Below are positions 29,500 through 39,900 of a stretch of 64,000 nt of DNA, in pieces. The stretch's first letter is position 1, and each line of letters starts with the position of its first letter. The notes below the pieces were generated by a model. The model searched no databases, was not told the DNA's origin, and was given only the letters and a program-made list of their open reading frames with translations. The position numbers and the translations under genes are program-made. This stretch comes from Felis catus (taxonomy: Eukaryota): contig NC_058369.1 of NCBI RefSeq assembly GCF_018350175.1, positions 248,001 to 312,000 on the forward strand, read 5' to 3'.

Positions 29500-30900
29500 T
29501 TGCGCCAGTACTCGCGCTCTCACGTGCCCTACACCTGGCGGCTCCTCTTTAAGACGTCCCACAACCGGCCTCTCGCGGCCCTTCGGGCTGCGGCAGAGAC
29601 GTCAGCTCCTCGTAGCAGCCTCCAGGACACCCCCTCCCCGGGTCCCACTCCTCCTTCTCTCGGGTTGCGTGTCCCCATCCACGTCACCGCCCTCCAGACC
29701 GGGCTCGGGCAGGGGCGACCCTGTCTGTGCAGGCCCGGAGAGGCGGCCGCCGGGGGACACGGAATGCAGGGCGCGGGGTGGGGGTGGGGGGCGGCTGGGG
29801 GCCCAGGGCGCTGAGGAGGGGACGGAGACCGCGGCGGGGGGGACCGCACCCCCCCCCCCGTGCGCCAGGCTGGGGGCGGGGTGGGGGGGCACGGCGGGGT
29901 CCCAGGGCGCCAGGCTGGGGGCGGGGACCGCGGCGGGGGTGGGGGGGCCGTGCGCCAGGCTGGCGGCGGGTGGGGGGGGGCACGGCGGGGTCCCAGGGCG
30001 CCAGGCTGGGGGCGGGGACCGGGGCGGGGGGCCCAGTGCGCCGGGCTACAGGGGGGCGCGGCGGCTGCGGGCGGCGGCCGGCAGGGGGCGCGGCGCCGGG
30101 AGCCGGGAGGGAGCGCGCGGGGAGCGAGCGCAAGACGCGCGGCGGCGGCAGCGGCGGCGGCGACGCGCGCGCCCAGCCCACCCCCCGCGCCCGCCGCCGC
30201 CGCCGCCGCCGCCCGGACAATAAACAGCCGCGCGCGGGGCGATGCCCGAGCCGGTGCCGCCGCCCCCGCGCCGCGCAGCCCCGGCCGCCAGGCCTTAGCC
30301 CGCCAGGCCTCCCCCCACCGCTCCCCGGCCCGCCGCCGCCCCCCACCCCGAGCCCCCCGCCCCCGCGCCCGCCCGGCGCCCGCCCCCGCCCAGCATCGCG
30401 GACCCACCCGGACCTCGGCGTGGAGATGGAGTGAGTAGGCGCGCTCGGGCCGGGGGTGGAAGGCTCGGGGGCCCGGGGGAGGGGGGCGAGGGAGGGGCGA
30501 GGCCTCCCCCCCATCTCCCGTCCCTCCGTGGGGCGCGTCGCGGCCCCCGCGCGGAGAGGAAGGCGGCGGCGAGGGGCTCCCGGGCCTCCCGGGCCTCCCG
30601 GCTCTGCCGGAGAAGCACTTGGGCCGCGTCCGCCCTGAGGCCTCCCCCATCCCCGACCCCCGGCGGCGACCCACGGGCTCATGTGGGGACTGGGGCGGCA
30701 GCGGCCGGTGGGGGCGCAGCCTGGGGCGCTGGGGAGGGGGAGGCCCGCGTCTCTTCCCGAGCCCCGCCCGCGTCCCCGGGCTAGCCTCGACCCTCGGCCA
30801 CCTGTGGGCTCCAGAGCGGGAGCCGCGGGGTGATGGACGGACCCCCTCCCCATTGCATTGCACTGGCCTTCAGCCTCCCCCCGCCCCCCCCCCCCCGCCC
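29500..30900 (+). promoter_or_regulatory. CpG island / PALM promoter and exon 1
   Basis: Very high CpG, multiple GGGGCGGGG boxes, (CCG)n at 30191-30213 and an A/T box AATAAA at 30219-30224 upstream of the ATG. Confidence 0.85.
30426..30430 (+). CDS. PALM: PALM exon 1 coding part (ATG GA)
   Basis: gagATGGA|gtgagt inside the CpG island; joins exon 2 to give M-E-V-L. Confidence 0.85.
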
Positions 30901-33900
30901 GCCTCCAACCTGAGCACTCGCTCCCTGTGCCCTGGACGCACCAGTCCTCCCTCTGTCTGGCTGCCCTCCCCAAGGGCCACAGCACTGTCAGGAGCGCCTG
31001 CTGGGGCGGGGGTCCCGCCAGCAGATACTGTCCTGACTACCGCGGGAAGGAGGGAGGGAGGGAGGGAGGGAGGGGGCCTCTCTGCAGCCTTCCTGGTCTG
31101 GGACGTGTGTGAGCCTGGAGGTCCAGGTGCTTTCCGGCAGGCGAGCTTGGGTCTGATCCCTTCCCAGGGAAGGCGTCCCCAAGATGGGACCCCAAATGGT
31201 GTAGCCAAGGAAGAGGCCTGGCCACTTGCACCATAGGCTAAAGGTGCAAGCGGGACAGGCAGCCTGGGTCCCCCCCGGGGGGGTGGGCAGCCTCGGTCCC
31301 CGGGGGGGGGGGGGGGCAGCCTGGGTCCCCGGGGGCTGGGCGAGGAACTGCCCACAGCAGCAGAGGGTTCTCGCACAAGGTGCTGGATGAGCGTGCACAG
31401 TCGTTTCAGACAGAGTCCCCTCTCTGCTGGCGTCAGGGTAACCCCCAGGCCCCACTCCCACAGGTGGGCACTGAGGTTGTGGGGTGTGCTGACATGGCCA
31501 GGAGATGAGAAGTGGTGTCCGGGTCCTGGCAGCCCCCGCACTGTGTGCCAAGGCCAGCAGCTGTCTTGCTTGGGGCCAGGTCCCCCCCCCACCTCTGGGC
31601 AGAGGCCCGGAGAGGGAGGCCCCCCCAGCCCGCGCCCCCCCCCCCCGTCGCCGCCCAGCAGCCCCTGCCCTTCCCACTGGGTGTGTTTTCTGAGCCGACA
31701 ACTCTCCTCCAGGGATTCACCCGTGACCTGCCACACCCCCGGCTGGGTGGGGGCCGCTGCAGCCCGCCCTCCCCAGGAAGGGACACCCGATGTCCTCTGC
31801 TTTGGAAAACCCAGACAAAGGCCCGGCCTGCTCCCCCACCCGGCCCCCGGGAGCCCAGCCAGGGGCTCAGGGGAGCCAGGGCCCGGATGTGTCTGCCCGC
31901 ATTAGGTTCCCCGACTTGTTTATCTGCTCTGCTCCCCAGGCCCGAGGGGAGCCTCTGGGCCTCCAGACAGCAGACCCTGAGCAGAGTGTGGCTGTGGGGA
32001 GGGGGCTGCCTCGGGGGATGAGGGGTGAAAACCAAGGGAAAGGCCCGCCCATGAGCGGATATTCTGGTTGGACCCTGTTTCATTTCCTGCTGTCCCTTTC
32101 GTTCCGGGCTGAGGTGCTACTGAGGCCCAGAGAGGGGCAGCCGCTGCCTCAGAGTCACACAGCAGGAGGAGGGCCCCTGAGTGCTTGCGGCCCTGCCCCA
32201 GTGCCTTTTGCCCGTGGATCAGACATGCTGCCTCGGGCCCCACGTTGGGTAGATCGCTGGGTTTTCTGGGGGCAGACGTGGGACCGGCTTGGCGTTCACG
32301 GGCCTGAGTGGCCGTGAGAGAAAGCGTCTGTGCCCCCGGCTTGGGTGGCTGGGCGGGTGGGGAGCGGCCCCATCCTGCCCTGTCCTGCTGGAGCGCCCGG
32401 CCCTGGTGGCCCAGCTTGAGGTCCCATTCCAGGGGCCCGAGGCAGCTGCCCTTTCCTCCTCCACGGGCTTTGCCGTCCGAGTCAGAAGAGATGGTCGTGG
32501 CTCACGGCGCTGCTGGAGAGGTGAAATATGAGTTGAAGGATTTATCACAATTTTGTTAATTTAAGGATTAAATTAATGGTTAAGTTAGTTTGTGTCAACT
32601 TAACAACTTAAGGGTTTAACCAAAATCCTTGAGTAACTACCTCCAGGGAGGCCGGGAGCAGGATGGGGGCCCCGCTGACGGGTGGGGCACAGGAGGAGCG
32701 ACGGAGCTGGGTGGGATACCTGTCCTTGGGGGTGGAGGTGGCGCTGGCCGCGTGGCCCCTGGCCCAGGGCACCAGGCTATGCAGCTCTGAGCAGCCTAAG
32801 TCCGGTGAATGGGCTCAGACGGGGCCGCAGTAGATTCCTTCCCCGGCCTCAGGCTCGGGCCTTTTTCCCAGGAGAAGGTCTCAACCGGGTGCAAAATGGG
32901 TCCTTAACGCCTCTCTCACACTTGCTAATCTCCCCGTTTAACGAGAGCCGAACCAGTTAAAAGGCAGCAGCGTCTAGTGATAATTGAACGTAATCACCGG
33001 CTTTTATTCTCGTCGTATCTATTTTTTAGTGTTTTTACTCTGATGTTTGCGTGAGCGGTGTCTGGTTTTCGGTCTTGGCCACGGGGTGACATTTCCTTCT
33101 GAAAGCAGGGGGGTTCCTTGAAACAGTGAGTGTCCCCTTGAAGGGACAGAGTGTCCCCTTGAAGGGACGGTACCAGCGGTGGTGGCAGGAACTTGGGAAG
33201 GCGGGTAACGTTTAGTAAGTCCTTGCTGTGCATGGGGCTTTTTGTCCGTGTGGATGTGCTTGATGCTTACGAAGCCCTGCAAGGTGGGGAAACTGAGGCT
33301 CAGAGAGGTGACCTGATATATCTGAGGCCACATCACCGGGATTTGCTCCTGGGTCCTTTCAGCTGCCAGGGTTGGGGGGGGTGGTGGTGGGGTCTTTGTA
33401 CCTTCCTGTGTCCCATGGACTGGGCGGGGGGGGGGGGGGGGCTAGGTATCCTGACATTAACTTCTCACCCCTGCGTCTAGGACCACCTGCCCTGTGCCTC
33501 CCCGCCCCCTCCCAGGAGGGGTGTGGCTAGAGGCGGGGGCGATGCTGTAAGTATTTCTGGGGGGAGTTCTGCCATCTTCAAGGGTCTCAGACTTTCATTC
33601 TGGGAAGTGGGTTGACGTTCTTTAAAAAAATCATGCCCCCTTTTTCCAAGTCTGGGAACCCGTTTCTTTCCATCCACCTGTGATCCGTTGATTTAGGTAA
33701 CACTCCCTGCCCACCCGCGGAGCCTTGTGTAGGGATAGGGCCCCGCTCCATCCCATCACGGACCTTCTCTAGGAGAGAGATTTAGAGGTGTACCTAGGTG
33801 GGCAGAGGGCCTGCCTGCTGGGGGGCTGGCCTGTGCAAAGGCCTGGAGGTGGGAAAAGAAAGCCTCAGCGGAAAGCAGTGCTGTTTGCTTTGTGCTCTCG

Positions 33901-36900
33901 GGGCTAGGTCCTGCCAGGCTTGGGGCACCCAGCAGGGGAGCCACGGGCAGCCACGGACCGACGGTGTCCAAGCAGGAGAGGAGTGAGGTTTTGACCTAGG
34001 CATAGAAAGAGGATCTGGAAGCCGAGGACCAGGTCAGGGCTCAGTGTGGACAGTCACCGTGTGAGGGGGGGAATGGGGGGACCCCGTGTCTGGGCGGCAG
34101 AGCTGGGGGGAGGGGGGACCCCGTGACTGGGTGCCAGAGACCTGACTTCAGACCCCTGGATGGGCAGGGCGGGCGCCTTGGCCACACTGCACAGGGTCTC
34201 CATGTGGCGCCGATGGCTGAGGGCGGGTCTCAGGGTCTACGGTGTGTGGAGTTGGCCTGGGGGTCTGTCTTGTTTTCAAACAACTTTTTTACGCTTATTT
34301 ATTTATTTTGAGAGAGCGCGCAGGTGGGCACAAGCAGGGGAGGGGCAGAGAGAAGGAGAGACAGAATCCCCAGCAGGCTCCGCACTGTCAGCACAAGCCC
34401 GACGCGGGGCTCGTCCTGCAAACCATGAGATCACGACCTGAGCCGAGATCAAGAGTCGGACGCTTAACCGACTGAGCCGCCCAGGCGCCCCTGGGGCGTC
34501 TGTCTGCTCTCAAGGGTATAAAGCAGGAATTCAGGGACCCCCTGAGCCTATCACTGGGACAGTCCGGGTCAGGCTGGGAATTTGGAGGGGAGCCCAGCCC
34601 AGGCCGAGTGGGAAAGACAGGTGAGAATCAGAGTAGGGGGAGTCACTGCAAGGACAAAAGGGTAGTGGAGGCTCGGGCCGGGCCTGGGAGCCCAGCCCGG
34701 TGAGCAGACCGTGGGTGTCGGGGGCAGCAGTGTTGGGCTCTGAAGGCCGAGTGACGGGCAGGGTCCCTCCTGGTAACTTCTGTCACGGTGAGAAGGCGCT
34801 GCCAGTCGGTTTGTAGTCAGATGCTCCTGACCCCGAGAGTCCCGGGTGGGGCCCGCGGGATCCGCCACCGCCCATGGGGCGGGTGGGGCCCTGGCACCAG
34901 CCCAGCTGTTTCCGCTCCACACGTGTGTGTTTTCTACCGGCTTCCGTGAGATGCAACCCACACACCACAGAATCCACCTGTCAGGAGGATGCAATTCAGT
35001 GGTTTTCAGTATGTCCACGTAGTTGTTTGATCACCACCTCTTTCTAGTTCCAGAACATTCCATCAGCCCAAAAGCAACCCTATCCCCATCCCCAGTCACG
35101 CCCCAACCCCCAACCCCCACGAGCCCCCTTCCCGTCCGTGGATGAGCCCGTTCTGGACGTTTCACCCACGCGGACTCAGACCCTGCGTGGCCTCTCGTGT
35201 CAGGTTCCCTCCCTGAGCGTTGTGTGTTCGGGGTCCGTCCGCGGGGCGGCAGGGGTGGGCGCCTTGCTCCTGCTCGCGGCCGAGGGACCTTCCTGAGTGT
35301 GGTGGACGTGTTCTATCTGTTTATCCATCAATGGACACTGGGTTGGTTTTTAAATTTATTTTATTTTTTATTAAAATTTTTTTTCATGTTTGTTTATTAT
35401 TTTTGAGAGAGAGAAAGAGACAGAGCGCGAGCCGTGGAGGGGCAGAGAGGGAGACACTGAGCTGTCAGCACAGAGCCTGACGCGGGGCTCGAACCCACAA
35501 ACCATGAGATCATGACCTGAGCGGAAGTTGGATGCTCAACCGACTGAGCCCTCCAGGCGCCCAACACTGGGTTGTTTTACGCATTAATTTCTATAGTCAC
35601 TTCTGAGGTGGTTGGGTGACCTTGGGCCTATTACTTGTCCTCTGTTGGAGGCGGGGAGCCTGTTTTAGATAAATGTCTGATGTGACACTGAGTTTCTTCC
35701 AAGAGAGATGGTCACAGGACAGTGGTCCTCAGGGTGGTGGGAATGTGACAGGGGAGGGACCCTTGGGTGCGAGCCACCTCTGAAAAGGTAAAGACTCTAA
35801 CTGATTCGCTGGCCCGGTGAACGTTCATTGAACCCTGCTGTTCACTGGGGGCTGGGGACATGTTATGGACAGAAAGAGACCCTGTCCTTGTGGGGAAATA
35901 AACAAATGATGAGGGTGCTGCTTGGTGGCGAGCTGGTGAGGGGTTGGGGGTACAGGGGAGGCCTACGTGAGGAGGTGACGTTGAGGGAGCCAGTGAGTCC
36001 TGGGAGAGAGCTCGGCAGATAGAGGACACGGCCAGTGCAAAGGTCCTGAGGTGGGAGCATGCCTGGAATGTTTGGGGGTTGTGGCTGGATCCGAGGGAGG
36101 GGTGGGGAGGGACCACAGCTCTTTGGGGCTGGTCTCTGCCTCTGGATCGAGGCCCAGCTTGCCCTAAGCTGGAGAAGGCCTCTGGGTGCCATTCATGCCC
36201 CACTGCCCTTCCCCCGTGGGGGCCCAGGGCAGGGTCCACCCCCCTCCCCTCCCCCCAGGTTAATAGGCAACAACTGTGCCTCTGGATCTGTGGCCTGCTG
36301 TGATCCCAGTTTCCACTGTGGGGGTGATGCCTCTGCCTTGAGCTTTCCGGAAAACCCGGCCATGCCTCACGGGCTGTTCACCTCACCGAAGACTGTAGTT
36401 GTCCCCTGTGCCGACGGTCTCAGAGGAAGAGAATTCCTTCCTGATGAAGGGACAAGATCAGGAAGGCTTCCTGGAAGAGGCAGCTGCATGTGCTCTGAGC
36501 TTGGAGCAAGGAAAGGGGGAGGCAGGGAGCTGGTGAAGGGTGGGGGCTTGAACACCAGCTAAGACGCTGAGCCTTGTGACCAGGCTGTGCAGGGCCTCAC
36601 AGGGAGGAAGGTTCTGGGGGCTGGAGGGGGACAAAGGCCCCACAAGGGAGTTGGGAACCAGCAGTGAGATTAGGACTCCCCCCCATTCCAGCCACCCCAG
36701 TGGGGGGACGGGCCACAGGGCTCCCTTCCTTAGCCCCTTCCTCAGCCAGACTCCGCTCTCCTTCCCTGCACCCGTGGCCACGGCCACGGCTGTTTCCTTT
36801 CAGTTAGCACAGGAATGTTGCCGGTGTTGGGCTCCGTGCCTGCCTGGGCCAGGACCCCTCATTCCACTGGAGCTGCCTGGCATGGGCCTGGAAGGACCGG

Positions 36901-39900
36901 TGTGTGACCCCCTCCCGCCTCAGACCCAGCTCATCCTGCCCGCTGGGTGACCTTGGGCAGGTTGCGTAACCTCTCTGGTGCCTTTAAAATATAAACGCCT
37001 CCCAAAGCCGAGGCCTCTGCAGGGCCCGGCTCGTTTGGGTTTGGGCCTCATTAGCTCATCTCCTGAAGCCAGGATTATCTCATTCGCTCTCAGCCCACAC
37101 CCTCTCGAGTCCTGAGCCGCCCACATCGGGGCTCGAGCCCAGAATTTGCTCCAAGCACTGTAAAAATAATCAGGCGAGGACAGGAGTCTGCCTGTGCTGA
37201 GGGTGGGCCTCCGGGAGGAGGGTCTGTCCCTCCACCAGCAGCTGCTGTGGCCCATTGCCCAGCAGAGCCAGTGGAGGCCCAGAGACGGGAGTGACCAGCC
37301 CTGGGCCACACGGCCGGCGGGGACAGCTCTCACCTGTCCAAACCCGACCGTGTGTTTTGGCCCAAGCTCGATTCTCTGCCCAGCATCTGCTGACATCTGG
37401 CCTCTGTGTCCCTCGCTGGGTCCTGAGGAGCGTCCCCGCCGTCCCATTGTCCCCCCACCCCCACCCCCACCTGTGCGGCCTGGCCAGGCCTCAGGGAGGC
37501 CCTGTGCTCGGGGAGCGCTCAGGAGCCCGCCTGTCTGGATCGAGCGTCAGTTGGCCCACTGAGGAAACAGGCCGAATCACTCCACCTGCCTCTCAGCGTC
37601 GTCAGGAGGGTGCTTCCCAAATGCCCTGTACATGCTCACCGGCTCCCGAGCCTCAGTTTCCCATCCTGGGAAATGGGGCTGAGCCCTGCGGGGGGAAGAT
37701 GGGGAGCGCTGGGACCGGTGTCCCTACGTCGTGGCCGTTTGATTAGGATTCTGCGGTCAGACTTTGTCCTTCGGTTTGTGATGCATTGTCTGGCTTACCT
37801 CGGTCTCCCTGGCTCCAGGGGCAGGTCCAGAGCCTTCGGGGTACAATCCCCTTCCCTGGGCTGCGGCCCCTGACACCAGAAGGGGGGCACCCCCAGCAGC
37901 GGGGCAGGGCGGACCCCTTACCTCCCCGCATCGCACCCTCCCCGGCGGCCCCTGAGGCCCAGGGCGGGAAACCCCTTAGCCCCCCAGGCCCGGCTTGGGG
38001 GCGGGAGATGCTCCGCGCCGGCCCAGGCCCAGCCCCCGCGTGCCGGCCTCCGCGTTGCCATGGGGACGGTGCGGTTGCCCGGGCGACCGCCTCCCGCGGG
38101 CCCCACCAGGGGGGGGGCGGCGCCCGGGGCGGGGCGGCTTTGGCGCCCTGAGGCGTGGGGAGGGGCGCCGAGGGGGGCACGCAAGGCTGTGCCCTCTAAG
38201 CTGCGACAGGGACGATGAAGGGAGGGATGGATATTGTCTCCCCGGGGCCTGTGTGCCTCTCCACAGTGGGCCCGCCTGACCTTCCCCTGACCTGGTTCAG
38301 CCGGCAGGGACATGCCGCCCAGCGAGGACACTGCCTGCCTTGTTGTCTCCAGCCTGGCAGGCTGGCCACAGAGCGTCCCCGTGTCCCTGTGTCCGGCCTG
38401 AATGGCCGCCTGCCTGCTGGGGTGCGGACCCAGCATTAGGCCGCTGCTGCCTCTGCCCTGCGGGGCCCTGTGCGCGCTGGGGTCTCGGGGGCTATATGCC
38501 CCTCGCCCAGCTGCACCGTCTTCCTGGTGGGTCCCTGGAGGCCGCGTGGCAGCTGGGAAAGGGTAGGCCTGTGGGGTGGCCCGGAGCTCTGTGCTTCCCG
38601 GCTGTGTGACTGTGGGCAAGTGACTTGCTCTCTCTGGGCTTCACTTGCCAGCGGTGGGAGGAGTGCACCAGGCGGAGTGAACAGCAGGCAGGATCAGGAG
38701 CTTGGAGCGCTTGAGGTGGAGCGGAAGGGTCTGGGGCACGGAGTAAGCAGGAGGGAGAACCAGGGAGGTGAGGGCGGGGAGCTGGAGAGGGCTGGGCTAC
38801 ACTGGGACTTCCTTCACGGGGCGATGGGAGCCAGGGACATACAAGGGCAGGAGAATGAGTGGTTCTGCCTCTGTTGTGGGTGGAGAGGGGGCCTTCGGGG
38901 GGCAGGCAGGTGACAGGCTGTGGTCGAGGCCGGAGATGGGAAACGTGAGCTTTGCGAGAAGCGGAGGGCGGGCCTCCGTGGGGCACGCGGAGCGGTGCGG
39001 CAGACCCAGAAACGTAGCTGATCAGGCCCTTCAGGGAGGGCCTCCGAGCTAGGTTGCTGGATCGAGCCTTTCCTGAACTTCACCCAGCTGAACCCGGCCT
39101 CCCTGAGGAAGGAGAGGGGGAAGCCACAGAGGGTGCGGCTGGTGTTGTCGGGTCCCTGGGAGGCACAAAGGGGCCAGGTGCCACCCGCCAGGAAGGGAAG
39201 AGCTGGGTGGGGTCACCCGCCGGGGCGTGAGAACCAGATGCCTTCCCGGGTCTCAGCAAGGCCAGGAACCTGAGCCTGAGTGGGGTGTGTGGTGGGGCAC
39301 TGCAGTTCAGGATAGATCTCCCCGGGAGCAGCCGCCTGGGTGTGGGTGAAGCCTCGGTCCCAGGGGTGGACCTCACCCAACACCCCGTGTGACTGTGCCT
39401 CTGTCTCCTTTCTGAATGGCAGCGGGCGGGGCGGGGGGCACCCAACAGGAGCTCGGGCGTCTGTACCCACTGTTTGTGCAGATGGGGAGCCAAGGCCCAG
39501 AGGGGTTGGCGGGTCTGTGGAGGGTCTTTGGAGGCCCCGGGGTGGCTCCTGGCCCACGGCTGAGGGCTGGTCGGGGCGAAAGCAGACCTGGAGGACGGTC
39601 TGTGACTTCGTCCCTGTGCAGATGAGGGTCTTGTAAGAGGATCCGGGTCCCACTGCCCAGAACCACCCCCCCCCCCCGTGCCTGCCAGCCCTGACCCCGT
39701 GAGACTGGTGAGGCCAGAGCGGCCCTGGGATCGCTGGGGATTTGGGCAGAGAACCGGGAGGCGGGGGGTCCACGCTGGAGCTCAAGACCCTGCCTCCTCT
39801 CCCTGCCTCGCCTTGTCACAGAGGCCCTGGAGGCCAGACTTTATCCTCAGGCCCGTCACGGACGACAGCTCAGGTGCAGACATTTCATTGAGCACCTGCT

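Noticed and set aside
30219-30224. AATAAA as a poly(A) signal of an unseen upstream gene
   Set aside because: It lies in a CpG island about 200 nt before the PALM ATG, with no upstream exons evident. It fits a TATA-like box better.
29529-30985. Overlapping 400+ aa ORFs on both strands at the PALM promoter
   Set aside because: Low-complexity Pro/Ala/Gly/Arg translations of a CpG island. The real coding content is 5 nt.
34285-34491. tRNA gene (A/B-box-like sequence)
   Set aside because: It is the tRNA-derived head of a Can-SINE, followed by (CT)n and an A-tail. The same applies to the other SINE copies.
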